Shown: piece after piece, positions 1 to 24,170 of the stretch
Numbering within the stretch: the first letter of the stretch is position 1
How the letters are laid out: every line of letters begins with the position of its first letter
Assembly: GCF_009914755.1 (NCBI RefSeq)
Contig: NC_060927.1
Reading direction: 5' to 3' (one strand)
DNA from: the human T2T-CHM13v2.0 reference genome, Homo sapiens
DNA: 64,000 nt
The notes under the pieces: model-generated
Database searches by the model: none
The model's input: the letters and a program-made list of their open reading frames with translations, nothing else
What the model was told of the DNA's origin: nothing
Made by a program: the position numbers and the translations under genes

Positions 1-191
1 ATATTTTATCATCTGTAGGCTCATTCATCTCCTTAACAGCAGTAATATTAATAATTTTCATAACCTGAGAGGCCTTTGCTTCAAAATGGAAAGTTCTAAT
101 AATTGAACAACCTTCCACTAACTTAGAGTGGTTATGTGGCTGCCCTCCACCCTACCATACGTTTGAAGAACCAGTCTACATAAAACCTAGA
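1..191 (+). pseudogene. NUMT: 3' end of mitochondrial COX1 (continues off the left edge)
   Basis: Reads [28 protein letters not shown]...[17 protein letters not shown] in the vertebrate mitochondrial code (TGA=Trp, ATA=Met) and ends at AGA 189-191 like primate COX1; gene order matches mtDNA. Confidence 0.95.
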
Positions 192-260
192 CGAAAAAGG
201 AAGGAATCCAACCCCCTAAAACTGGTTTCAAGCCAACCTCATAACCTCTATGACTTTTTC
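192..260 (-). pseudogene. NUMT: mt-tRNA-Ser(UCN) pseudogene
   Basis: GAAAAAGGAAGGAATC..CCCCC..AAACTGGTTTCAAGCCAAC..ATGACTTTTTC resembles the light-strand tRNA-Ser that follows COX1. Confidence 0.9.
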
Positions 261-263
261 AAC

Positions 264-3858
<3,595 letters not shown>

Positions 3859-3861
3859 ATT

Positions 3862-3993
3862 TTTTAACATTTTTTTATGGAGGCGGGGGTCTCACCATGT
3901 TGCCCAGGCTGGTCTTTAACTTGGGCTCGGGTGATCCTCCCACCTGGCCTCCCAAAGCAGTGGAATTACAGGCATGAGCCACCATGTCTGGCC
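3862..3993 (-). mobile_element. Alu left monomer / FLAM-like
   Basis: Reverse-complement Alu left-arm sequence (ctcccaaagcagtggaattacaggcatgagccacc). Confidence 0.85.
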
Positions 3994-4220
3994 TACTCAA
4001 CACCTCTGGGTAAAAGTTTTTCTGTCTCATAGAGAAGAGACTAGCAGTATTTCCTATTGCTTTTTCAAGACAGGTAGAATTTGCTTGCCCAAGGTAAGGT
4101 GCATTTTATAACAAGGGGTGGAGAACATATAAGCCTTTTGATTTCTGTTAAAAAAAAACCTCTTTATTTCAAATTTAATTTTGTTTGCTATCTGTGCTTT
4201 TATTCAAAAGAAGAGTTTAG

Positions 4221-5975
<1,755 letters not shown>

Positions 5976-6452
5976 AAGAAAACCAAGACAAAAGGTGAAC
6001 AACATGAATAGAATGGGCACTGGGTGGGGATAGGAAAAGGAGTAGGGCAGGAGGAAGGGAAGGGGCAGAAAATTGGACTAAAGTTCAATTACAACTTCAC
6101 ATTGTAAAGGACTAGACCATAACTTCCCATTTATTAAGCTTCTCTGATCCTTCCTACAAACCTGTAGACTCAATAAAGCACATATTATTGACCTCTGTTT
6201 TCCAGATGATATAACCATGCCTCAAAGAGGTAAACTGATTAGTCTAAGGTCACTCTTTCAGAAGCGAAGGGCAATTGACTCAGGAGGTGAGTGTTTAAAT
6301 CTAAGTTTCTTTTCAATATGTCATGCTCTTTCACAGAATCGGAGCTAGAAAAATCCAAAGGGAAAATTTGTCCAGAACTTGCTATTGGGTCTCCCAAACC
6401 TAAATAAAGTTGCCACTGAATTTAGGAAGATGGTTGGCTAAAATGACACAAA

Positions 6453-6602
6453 ATAGCATTAGGAGATATACCTAATGCTAAATGACGAGTTAATGGGTGC
6501 AGCACACTAGCATGGCACATGTATACATTTGTAACTAACCTGCACATTGTGCACATGTACCCTAAAACTTAAAGTATAATAATAATAAACAAAAAAGAAA
6601 AA
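6453..6602 (+). mobile_element. Very short 5'-truncated young L1 (L1PA2/3-like 3' end)
   Basis: cattaggagatatacctaatgctaaatgacgag...ccctaaaacttaaagtataat plus A tail, flanked by a perfect 17-bp TSD AAAATGACACAAAATAG (6440-6456 and 6603-6619). Confidence 0.93.
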
Positions 6603-7299
6603 AAAATGACACAAAATAGGTCCGCTCCTACTTCAAACTTATAGAAATGCTATAAAAATATTTTGAGACAGAGAGAAAGAGTACAGAGAGGAGAGGCAGA
6701 GAAGACTAGCTCAAGAGAAAGTTAGGAGAAAGAAAGGAATATCCCCAAATGCTAGAAATGAAGAAAAAACTTAAAATCAGAGTGAGAAGTGGGAACTGAC
6801 ATAGATTCAGATATAGCTTCAGGGGTTGGTGCCTGGAGTCTTAATGCCCATTCAGGAATAGCAGACCTGTTTTCCAGCATTCAAGGCAAAAGTATATGTG
6901 AGTGAGTGATGAAGACTAGACTATAGATGCCTTTTTGAAATCCGGACCTTTGATGAGGTGCCCAGTCAGTGAAAAGAGAGAAGACAAGACAAGAAAAACA
7001 TTGTCCATAGGCTCAGGGAAACGGCAAAAACTTTCTGTCAGGGACCTCAGACAGAAGGTAGACAGAAGATAAATAGTCCACAAGAAATGGAAACTATAGG
7101 TCTGTGCTACAATCAGATGCTGGAGGAATTTACATTATCTAGATTTACATTATCTGAGCTGAGAAATTGAAATCCTTACGGTCTTGGCAATGACAGAAAT
7201 GAAAAGGCGCTGTATAGGGATACTTTCACAATACAGCATACAGGACTTCCAAAGGGAGAGGAAAAAAATCCTGTTGAAGATGTGATCATCTTAAAGAAT

Positions 7300-8005
7300 T
7301 ACAAGCCATACAAGGAGATACATTTCCATGAAGTAGAGTAGCATATACAGCAAGGAGCATAGCTACCTCTCCTCCAGAAAAAATAAAATAATCCAAAAGA
7401 AACCATAAAATAAGTATGTTGGAAATTATTAAAATAAAAAGCAGACACCATAATGAAGGATCAGGACATTTTGGAAAATTTTTACATTTTAAAAAGAACT
7501 AAAAGGAACATCTAGAAATTAAAAAGTATAGGTACTTGGAATGAAAAACTGTATAGATATATTAAAAAGCAGATTAGATATAATTGAAGAGATTCTTAGT
7601 TAACTGGAAGGCAGATATGAGTACATCATCCAGAAGGCAGCAAGGAGAAATATTAACAGTTATGAAGAACAAAAATCTCATAGAAAGTCAAGAGGAAGGG
7701 ATAGAAGAAATGAGGCAAGACAGATAATGGCTTAAAATTCTGAAAAATAAAGAGATGAGAACCATGACTACTTCTGAATAGGATGAATAAAAACAAATCT
7801 ACACCTAGACATAGGTTAGCAAAACAACAAAATATCAAAGATTAAAAAAAAACACAAAAAATATTTTAAAAGCAACCAAAGAAGAAATTACATTAAAAAG
7901 AAATAATAATTAGTCTTACGGAAGATTTCTAATCAGCAGCAATGTAAATCAGAGCTATGGAACAATAGCTTCAAAGAACAGAAGGAAAATAACTATCAAT
8001 CTAGC
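7300..8005 (+). mobile_element. Old L1M ORF1-region fragment
   Basis: A-rich degenerate ORF1-like motifs (aaaagcagattagat..gaagaga..tagt.aactggaag; aaatctacacctagacata). Confidence 0.6.
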
Positions 8006-8573
8006 CAACTACCTTGCCTTCCGTATGTGTGTCTTAACTCAAAGGAGAGAGGTGTGCCAGCAGATGAGAGACTTGTCAGAACTAGCTGGCATTAGCAAAG
8101 ACCAATGATATCTGGGAAGATATTTAATTTAATTAAAACTATACCTAATTCCTAAACACAAGATGGAACAAATGACCCAGACATGAAGCTCCAGGAGCTT
8201 TTGCCTTTACATTATATTTCTAGCTGAAAGTTGGCAGTCTTAATAGCACAAGCTTAGGCAGAATTATTTACGGAGGATGCTATGTGAACTCTAGATATAT
8301 GGCATAGTGATTAAAACTGAAGTCTGTGGCATCAGAAAAACTGTTCAAATCTTGACTCTGCCTTAGTTTCTGCATCTACACATCTCAGTTTTAAAAAGGT
8401 GAAATAAGAAGGGACATGTAAAGCAACTGGCATAGTACCTGGCACATAGTATGAATGTAATAAATCCCAGCTATTACTATTGATCTTGACCATAGTACTG
8501 TAATTTGATCATGTAATTTGAAGCAGTTATCTTTAGTACATTATTGAAAAACTAAAATATAAAAGACACATAC

Positions 8574-8665
8574 TCTGACATCCACTGAGCAGCCCACAGT
8601 CCATGATGGATTTCCCAGCACTTGATTTTGGCATAGGAGATGGACTAACGAAGATTTCCCAACAC
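8574..8665 (-). CDS. RABL3: RAB-like protein 3, coding exon 2 (92 nt, codons 16-46)
   Basis: tacAG|GTGTTGGGAAATCTTCG...GATGTCAGA|GTatgt; encodes (G)[30 protein letters not shown] and completes the P-loop GDSGVGKS with exon 1; splice phases match. Ser36 codon TCA at 8606-8604 is intact. Confidence 0.96.
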
Positions 8666-8830
8666 CTGTAAGAGATACAAGAACTCTAGTCACATAAGAG
8701 ACAAGGCTGAAATCTGTTTTGGAAAGAGTAAGACTAATACTACACAGGAATAATGTTAAGTAAAGCATAGTTGTTAGAATGCCATACCAACAATATAAGC
8801 TTCACTGAATAAAATGAAGATGGTAGAGGG

Positions 8831-9005
8831 CAGCGGTTCTCTCAAATTTGCATCAGAATCACCCGGAGGGTGAGTTAAAACATGGAATGCTGGGCTCCAC
8901 CCCCAGACTTTCTGATTTAGCGGGTCTGTCTTGGGGCCCAAGATTTCTAACAAGTTCCCAAGTGATACTGATACTGGTCCAGGGGTCTCACTTTGAGAAC
9001 CACTG
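8831..9005. mobile_element. MER5A-type hAT-Charlie DNA transposon
   Basis: Terminal inverted repeats cagcggttct...agaaccactg and internal gcatcagaatcacc...ttctaacaagttccca motifs. Confidence 0.8.
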
Positions 9006-9647
9006 GTCCAGGTCAATTTCATATTAATGAATCCCTTTCCTTTTGAATGATTTAATCAATTTAGCCTATTTTAGAGTTGTAGAATCTTAACAGATCTGAG
9101 AAGTAATCCCTCTCTCCTGCACACCAATGCTGAGGTCCCCTCCATGGCATCCTGTTAGAGGGTCTTCCAGACTGTGCTTGAATACTGTCAGTGAGAGGGA
9201 TTCACCATTTCACAATTCTAAATTTAGACACTCCAGTTGTCCCACATAGTGATTTAAAAAAAGCAGCCAACCACTTAGCCAAGACTTACCTTTTGGAAAA
9301 AAGGTCTACTACCTCTTCTACATCATGGCCCTTTAAGTCACCATTTGGTCTTCTTTTAGATTTCTTAGGCTCAGGGAAATCTAGTTATTCATTCTAAGGG
9401 TAGCATTGAGAGATTTGTATGAAGAGGAAAGGGAATGAGCTCTTCCTCTACATCCATGTGTGGAGTCACTCATTCATTTAACGGCATTTTTGGGGTTCCA
9501 TTATGACAAGCATGGTTGGTATCTTTACAAATCACTAGTTTTATCAAAAATTTAGATCATCTCTTTGATCATACTGTGTAGGAACCTATTGTTTATTTTT
9601 TATTATAAAAAGTTATATTTACAATCTAGAAAGTATGCACAAATGAG

Positions 9648-9947
9648 GGCCAGGCACGGTGGCTCACGTCTGTACTCCCAGTGCTTTGGGAGGCTGAGGC
9701 AGGAGGATCACTTGAGCCCAGGAGTTTGCGACCAGCCTGGGCAACATAGCAAGACTGCATCTCTACAAAAAATAAATTTTAAAGAAATTAGCCAGGCATG
9801 GTGGCCTGCGTCTGTAGTCCTAGCTACTCAGCAGGCTGAGGCAGGATGATCCCTTGAGCTCAGGAGTTGGAGGCTGCAGTGAGCTATGATCACACTGCTG
9901 TACTCTAGCCTGGGTGACAGAGCGAGACACTGTCTACAAAAAAAAAT
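9648..9947 (+). mobile_element. AluJ
   Basis: Dimeric Alu with J-type gaggatcacttgagcccaggagtt. Confidence 0.88.
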
Positions 9948-10421
9948 CACCTTAAGACTACTGTCAACATGAAGGTTTATTTAATTCCACAAGAAAAGTT
10001 TTTCTATGAGCAGGTGGTTATTGTGATTATATACACAGTATACTTAAAAACAATAAAACAACATAAGCGTCTGCTTCCATAGCTTGTTCTGTCTGGAATA
10101 TCCTACCCATCCTCTCCCTTCCCTCACCCATTGGCCTGGTGAATTAATCTTTGGAGAGTCAGCATCATTCTAGTTATAAAGTATTTTCTGAACCCACATA
10201 GGGAGAACTAAGCATAGCATCCACTATTCTCTGGGCCTCCACTGTACCCTGTACATTTTCCTAGAGAGCACTTAAAACACATTATTACATGTGTTTATTT
10301 ATAGGTTTTATTAACTTTGATTTTTTTTGATTGGATGTTGGATTTTTATTCATCTTAAAAAAATGATGCCATCTGTTGATTTATTTGCAGTGGAGAAGAA
10401 TGCCCTGTATAAAGAAATATG

Positions 10422-16501
<6,080 letters not shown>

Positions 16502-16974
16502 TTAATTTTAAGTTCCTTGAGGGTTCTTACGCAGCTTTTTTATCTCTAGTATTTAGATCAGAACCTTAATTAGTATTTATTAAAAGTTTCCATATTATTC
16601 CAAAATCTTCATAAACATTTAAAGTATCTCCATAGTACTTCAGAAAGTAGGCATAAAAATTTACTTAATCATTCTTCCATTATTATTAGATATTTAGGGT
16701 GTTTTGAAATTTTTGATATGCTAGTGAAAGGTTATTTCTGTTTAAACCTTTGTTTAAAATTAAAATTATGTCCTTAGTATACCTTCCCAGGAGTAAACTC
16801 AGTACTTAAAAGGAAACATTTAAAGTTCTTGATATGCATTGAGAAATAACTTTCATGGGGTTATACTGCCACCAGCCATACACTTGAGCCTGCAGGTCTT
16901 GTTGCACCTCAACAGTATCATGTAGTTGGCTTTTCATCCTTGTTAACCTGATAAAGGAATAAAAGTGACATCTT

Positions 16975-17289
<315 letters not shown>

Positions 17290-18139
17290 TTAGTCTGCAT
17301 TTCTTTACTTTCTGATAAAGATCAAAGATTATCATTATGATTATTCTGGCAAATCAGTTGTTTTTCCTCTCATAAATTCTCTGTTGATCTACTCTGTACC
17401 TTTATCTACCAGGTTTTAGTGTCATTAATTTATATGAGCTCTTTATCTATTAAATATATTAATCATTTTACGTATGTGTAATTGAATCAAACATTTTCTC
17501 AGGCTTCCCTTTTATTACTTTTTTTATATAGAAACATTTAAGATTTTTAAATACTCAAAATTATATTTGTCATTGAATTTACTGCATTGTGTCTAATATC
17601 TGTAACTTTTAGGATGTATTGTTGATTCTGTATTTGTAAATAGGTTTGTTTATGTTCAAGGAATGTATCTATCCACTTAATTATCAGCTTGATGCAACAC
17701 TTGAGGCCTAGTTTAGCTTAATTGTGTTAGGGTAAACATTTCCAGGCAGTAGAATTGTATAGCTCTCCATGAATTAACTGCTTTGGGTGATAAGTATTAG
17801 CTAAGAAGGGATGAAACCCTAAACAGTAAGAACAGTTGAAGTGCTAGGGAATAATGGCGAATTTCATTTCTTTAAGAATTTTGGGAGATTCTGATTCTAT
17901 GTTTTCACCTTTAGAACTAAATTTGATCAAAAGAATGCACTTGATTTGCTTGGGGGTAAAAAAGGCCCAATATAAATAAATGTCAGCTCCAAATACAGCT
18001 GTTTGGTAATATGTTAAACTAGTCCCTAATCTCTGAAAGAAAGAGAAAACCGTATGGTAGTGAGACTTTCAGGGTTCCTTACCAAATTACCAAATATCTC
18101 AATAGGATAAAAACAAATCACCAAATATCAACTTATTCT

Positions 18140-18438
18140 TTTTATTTTTTTTTCTTGGAGACAGGGTCTCACTCTATCACCCAGGCTAGAGTGCAGTGGC
18201 ACGATCCTAGCTCACTGCAGCCTCAAATTCCTGGGCTCAAGTGATCTTCTCACCTCAGCCTCCTGAGTAGCGGGACTACAGGCGTGCACCACCATGCCCG
18301 GCTAACTTTCTGTACTGTTTTTGGTAGAGAGAGGGTCTTGCCATGTTGCCCAGGCTAGTCTTGAACTGAGCTCAAGCAATCCACCCGCCTCAACCTCCCA
18401 AAGTGCTGGGATTATAGGCTAGAGCCACCTTGTCTGGC
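18140..18438 (-). mobile_element. AluJ
   Basis: Reverse-complement dimeric Alu with J-type ctgggctcaagtgatc. Confidence 0.88.
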
Positions 18439-19902
18439 TAAGTCATTTCTTTATATATTTGTGAAACCCTCAAAATTTTATAAGGGAAATGGCCTTTATT
18501 TAAAAATAAACTTTCGGGTTTGAAAGAAAGGCTGAGGAAGTGTAAAAAGTGCATTCTAAACTGTCAGACTGTGTACTTTTAAATCGCAGTTAAAAGGAGA
18601 CTGACAAAATTACCTTTTAAAAAGATAAAAAGACAATAACTAACTTTGCACATAAAGGTTAACATTAGTGAATGTGTGACAACATCAATCACTTTCCTGG
18701 CCATCACAGCTGTGTCTTCTGCTTTACAACTAAACCATAACAGGGGAGGCGGGCAGTAGGGAAGCTTATCAATTGCCTGATTACTTTTCCACATTTAATG
18801 TAGCTGCTAATTCTATCCCTGTTATATGACGCATTAATTCCACAGTTATAACCCCAGAACCTAATACAGTGCCTGTTGGAAAGAAAATAAATTGACTAGT
18901 TGCAACAGTTTGTAATATGAAGGGATTGTTAGATACAATAGAAAATGGAATTATAAAGGACACAAAACACCCACTTAACGTATCATGAAGAAGTCTGTTA
19001 GTTCTGGATTGTAAATTCTACTCAGTGATACTCTTGCCAAGTCCCTTTAGGCCACAATTACTTTATCTGTAAAACTGAGTGATTTTATTAAATTAACTTC
19101 GGCACCACTTCAAGTTACCTGATAGAAATGAAGTCGACATAAATTGTGATTATGTTCATTAAGTTTCAAAAGGCAACTTTCTTAGGGGAATATTAAATAA
19201 TGCTCTCTGTAAAATATTTCATAATGCAAATAATCCTCAGGGCAATGTGAAAACATTCTTAACCTATATTTGCTGCCCACAATTTTATTTAGTTTCTATT
19301 AAGTTTTCAAGCCTCTCCACCTCCAAGCATCTAGCACAACGTCTTTGCTCACAACACATGCTCTTAGGCCAACTCCAGAGGAGCGCTTCTATAAAATGCA
19401 AGGTCAGCATTTATTGAAGTTACTAAGGAGAGCTGAATTGGGGATTATGGAAGAAAAGATAAGGGCAGTGAGGTGGGAGCTGGAAATCCAGACGCCAGCT
19501 GTAGTTCTCAAATGTCCCAGGTGTCAAAAGAATTCTTTTTGCATCCACTGAGATTAAAAAAATATATATATATTTAACACTAGGATTAAATTGGGCTCAG
19601 CGTTAAATCCTAGCTGCTTCAGAATAAAACTCTTACTTTAATTTCTCTATTGTACAGTCTAGGACATAATAGGTTTTCAATGAAGATCAAACGAGAACCA
19701 GGAAATTAAGCTCAGTTAAGAATAAAACAGGACCACTACCCAATATGTCACTGCATAATTATAACTTAGCGTTTAAGTTCGTGGACTCCGCGTTCAAAAG
19801 GATTCTGTCATTTACATCTCTCTGCCTCACTACTCTCATCTGTAAAATGGGATAACAGGACTGTCTCAGAATTAAATGAGTTAATACATGCGAAGCGCTT
19901 GC

Positions 19903-19942
19903 CAGTGCACGTTTCTCAGTGCACGTTTCTCAGTGCACGTTT
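19903..19942. repeat. 14-bp tandem repeat (CAGTGCACGTTTCT) x2.9 at the end of a MIR fragment
   Basis: Units at 19903, 19917 and 19931; preceded by MIR core ctcatctgtaaaatgggataacag. Confidence 0.9.
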
Positions 19943-20339
19943 GACTTCCTTAATGAACAAAATCTCTTGAAGGCACGGTCCTACTAACTTCTGTACCCTT
20001 AACATAGAACCCCATACAATACTCAATGCCTGCTTTTTTTTTTTTTTTTTTTAATAAAAGAATTGACAATACACTCTAGGCTGGGGTCGCCTGGGAGACC
20101 GATGCGGAAAGCCGCGAAGGCAAAAGACCCGGGCTCCGCGACCCCCACCCGCGCGACGACGCCGCCGCCACCGCGTCGTCACACGGAGCAAAGTCCCCTG
20201 GGAAGTGTAGTCTTCAGGCCCTGGGAGGGACTTCAGCCACGGGCCGAGGAGCCAGGAAGTTGAGGGAAGGAAGCTAAGGGGAGGGTTACTGGGTAACTCA
20301 AAAGTGTCTGGAGCCCCAGAGGTAGGGTAAGCCGCTCAC

Positions 20340-20385
20340 CTGAGTCTCCCAACACCAGTACCTTCACCCGATCCAGGGACGCCAT
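20340..20385 (-). CDS. RABL3: RAB-like protein 3, coding part of exon 1 (46 nt)
   Basis: caagATGGCGTCCCTGGATCGGGTGAAGGTACTGGTGTTGGGAGACTCAG|GTgag = MASLDRVKVLVLGDS(G); good Kozak context and canonical donor. Confidence 0.96.
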
Positions 20386-20620
20386 CTTGCCACTGCCTTC
20401 CCTGGGTTAACGCCTGTTCCTGGATTGTAAGCCAATCAGAGTTGGGCATGGAGGGCAGAGCCTTCAATTTCATTGGCCACTCGGAGCGTGACTGTCTTGA
20501 TCGAAGGTTTCACTGAACTCATTGGCTGGTCTGGTAAAAGGTAGCGGGGTGCTTCCCCAGCTGGTCGCAGGAATAGTGCGTTTTCTTTGTCGCGCAAGGG
20601 GCGTGGTTCATTTAAGCCGG

Positions 20621-20672
20621 TAGTTGAAGCGCTGGGGGCAGCTGTAGTGGGAGTGTTCCAGGATTCGCCTTG
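20621..20672 (+). other. GTF2E1: GTF2E1 non-coding exon 1 (TSS approximate)
   Basis: Donor TTG|GTAAAC at 20672/20673 just downstream of the promoter motifs; exon 2 starts at an acceptor upstream of the ATG, so a 5'UTR exon is required. Confidence 0.65.
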
Positions 20673-22805
20673 GTAAACCTTGTTCCCTGTTCCTTGTTCG
20701 GAGTTCCCTGGCCGGGCATTGCATTTCATGATTTCTTCTTCCTTTCGCTCCCTCTTAACTATCCTCCCCTAATGAATTACCCTGTTGCCTTGGTCCTCTT
20801 GGTCCTCCAAAGAACCATTGACCCCGGAGCGGCCCGTGTGCGACCTCGGGTAGGGCGGGCTTGGCTGCGCCGAGTGTGGCCCTGGACCCAACTGGGAGAG
20901 TCCGAGGGAGTTTGGGGTCTCGGAGTCTCGCATTGGGGAGGAGTGCATATCACCGAACGCGTCTCGTGGAGGGCAGCTGGGTCCGGAGGTTTCGCGGTAG
21001 TTTGCCGCTGTGTGTGTGAAGGCGTGGAAAGTGCCATGAAATGTGGTAACACAACACCGCAGTTAGATGTGTAGAATCCCAAGTTGTTCTAGAACTGGAG
21101 TGGCGATTTACTGAAGTAATCTAACTGGTCTCTTCGCATCCACTTTTCTTGTTTTTTTCTCCACTCTGCAGTCAGTACAATCTTTTAACATCCTGAATTT
21201 GATCCACGCACCTCCCGCTTAAAACTGTTTTAAATTTAAGAAGAGAGTGCCCAGTAGCCTGTCCGATTCTACCTTGGAAACAAGAGTGGAGGAAGTGAAG
21301 CAGGGGGAAGCTGGCAAGATGAGCCATGTTGGAACAAAACGTGCCTAGGAGACATATGGAAAGTTTTATGGAAGTACTTGTCTGGCTATGCTAGATGCTG
21401 GAAATTAATTGGTGAACAAGATGAAGTCTGGTCTTAGAGATAGACATGGAGAAAGTACAAGAAGGGGGAAAGAGCCATGGAACACGTGAAAGGGGATGAT
21501 TGTATGCTACTTAATGGGGAGTCTGGGAAGGCCTCCATGAGGAAATATCATTTGAGACTTGAAGGATGATTAGGAGAAGGGGGTTTGGGCTTAGCTGTAG
21601 GGGCAGAAGGAACAGCATGTGCAAAGCCTTGGGATGCAGGGAAAGCACATGTGGCTCATGGAATTGAGAATATGCTGGTGTGGCTGGTTATGAGGCTGAC
21701 AGGGTAGACAGAGGGCAGAGGGTGCCTTCTTTTCAACTTTGTTTCTCTGGCTCCGTGCCTGGTGCACAGTAGTCCTTAAATGTTGATATGATTAAAATAC
21801 ACGTGGGTCTGGGCTGGGGTAGGGAGGTGAGGCTGGGATCTGACTCATGGACTATGGAGATCAAAGGAAGAAACAAAGGTCCTAGGAGGTCCCACGCTCA
21901 GAAGTCTCCAGAGACCAGCCATACTCCTTCCCTAATAACGCCAGCTGCTATTCGGCTTCAGCTTATTGTTTCCATGTGGGAACATGGGCTCACTTTTTCC
22001 TCAGATATTTCCAATTTTGCAAGAGGAGCTGGAAGTTGAAATTTATGTGAACTCTTACAATTTTTAAATGTTGACAACTAATTCAGAAAATTTTTGAAAC
22101 ATTCTTTGGGTGATACAATGCGTGGGGGGCTGCCAGTTTGAGAACTCTTACCTAAGACCTCTAGAGATTGAGTAAGGAGATTCAGCGTGAGTGGGAAGTG
22201 ATGGAGGAGAGAAGGTAGTGGTCAGGAAGGAGGATTTTAGAATGCAGAGATTTTGAACAAAGTGGCACAGCTTGATTTCATTCCTGAGCTCTAGTTTCAT
22301 TTGTTCAGCTACCTGCTGGGCATATTCAGAGGAATATCCTATGGTATTTCCTCAAAGACACTTCTAAAAGTGATTTCCTCATTTCTTCCTGCTCCTCGTC
22401 AGGGGTCACCTATTTCTCATGGCAGTACTTTTCCTAGCTACGCTGGCTCAAAACAGAGAGCTATTTAAGATTTTTCCTACTCTCATATTCTGTATCCAAT
22501 ATATTTTGTTGGGTCCTTTTGATTTTTTTTTCTGTAATAACTTTCATTCATTCTGTTCTCTTCTTGCAATTTTTTTGCCTTCTTAGTTTAGATTTTATAC
22601 CCCCAATATTCCACACTGCCTCCACCTTCACTCACTTGAGTCCGTTCCTCATATTGGTATAAGAGTCATTTTTCTAAATAGGGGATTTATTATGAATGCC
22701 AGTACTTAATTGAACTCTTATGCCAGCCCTGAAAGCAGAACACTTTGCATTAATTATCTCACTGAGTTCATACATTAACTGTGTGAGCAGGGCACCATTA
22801 ATCAC

Positions 22806-23087
22806 TTTTTTTTTTTTTGAGGGTCCTGTCCTGTCACCGAGGCTGGTGTGCAGTGGCTCAATCATGGCTCATTGCAGCCTTGACCTCCTGGCTCAATTGA
22901 TCCACCTCAGCTGGTACTACAGGTGCATGGCACCATACCTGGCTAAGTTTTAAAATTTTTGTAGAGATGGGGTCTTACTATGTTTCCTAGGCTTGTCTTC
23001 AACTTCTGGGCTCTGACAGTCCCCCAACCTTGGCCTCCCAAAGTGTTGCAATTACAGGTATTAGCCACTGTAGCCACTGCACTTGGC
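22806..23087 (-). mobile_element. AluJ (diverged)
   Basis: Reverse-complement Alu with TSD TTAATCACTTTTT on both sides. Confidence 0.85.
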
Positions 23088-24170
23088 TTAATCACTTTTT
23101 ATATATGAAGAAACTGAGTCTGAGAATTTTCTGAGGTCAGGGGGCCTAAGAAATACTGGAACTGAGATTTAAACCCCAAAACTGTTGGATTGTAAAGTCC
23201 TCATATCACTCCCTTATTTTAGTCTTCACAGCTCCCTAGGGTGTTTTAGGCAAAGGAAACAGGCTGAGCAATAAGTGGCACAGGGACCTCTCCATGCAGG
23301 ATGAGCATTGGCAGGATATATAATAGGGACTTTTGCTGCATAGTAGAGTCACCTAAAGAGCTTTAAAAATTTGTGTGATGCCTAATCTGGCTGCCCCAGA
23401 CCACCTGAGACAAAACCTTTAGGAGTGGGGCCCAGGATCAGTATTCTTAAAACGTTCCCTAGATGATTCTGCCTTACAACCAGGCTTGAGAACTATTAGT
23501 CTGGGGCATGGCATGTATGGGGCAGGGAAGGAGAATACAATAGTAGGAAATAATCCTGGAAACAGGTTATGTTGACATTTTTCTGCTGTTCTTTGTTGAA
23601 TGTTTCTGAAGCCATATGTTGTGTTCTGACAACTGTTGAGGATGTAAAACAACAAAAAATGAAAACGGGGTTCAAGTACAATGTATAGACCAAACCGAAA
23701 AGGAGAGAAAAGTGTGTCCAGTAGTATGCTGTGGTACTACTTTGGTGTCGAGCCCAGGTACTTCCCAGGCATCCTTAAGCCCTGGGGTAGCAGGAAGGCT
23801 CTAAGTTCACAGATTTGGATCTAGGTGCTACTTTGTTATATCTTACAATATGTAGTCATACCTGAGTATTTATAACCTAAAGTACGTATTTTCTTTTGAC
23901 TGACTTTTACTTTTCCTTTATTACAGGAAGGGCCTTATATTTTCCCCCCAAAATATATGCATAGATTGGTTATAGATTGGTGTATAGAGTTTCCTTATAG
24001 TATGGTACTGTGGATATAAAAATATTTCTTATAAAAAGAGTATTAAATCTGTTGGGTTGATAACCACTGATTTCAAATAAAAGGGTTAGTTGAAACTAGT
24101 ATTAATAACAGAATATGATTCTCCATTGAAATAGTTCAATGGGATGTCTCTCTTAAAAATTATCCTGTGG

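Larger units (their letters stand above)
20080..21065. promoter_or_regulatory. CpG-rich bidirectional promoter shared by RABL3 and GTF2E1
   Basis: High GC/CpG content; CCAAT boxes at 20432 (+), 20472 (-) and 20521 (-); GC-box GGGGCGTGG about 20598; YY1-type AAGATGGCG over the RABL3 start codon; RABL3 ATG and GTF2E1 exon 1 about 240 bp apart. Confidence 0.9.

Noticed and set aside
8541-8768. 75-aa ORF as a stand-alone protein
   Set aside because: Only 8574-8665 is RABL3 exon 2; the flanks are intron read-through.
20436-21082. ORFs of 97-134 aa across the promoter
   Set aside because: Expected in GC-rich DNA; non-ATG or weak starts and no recognisable domain.
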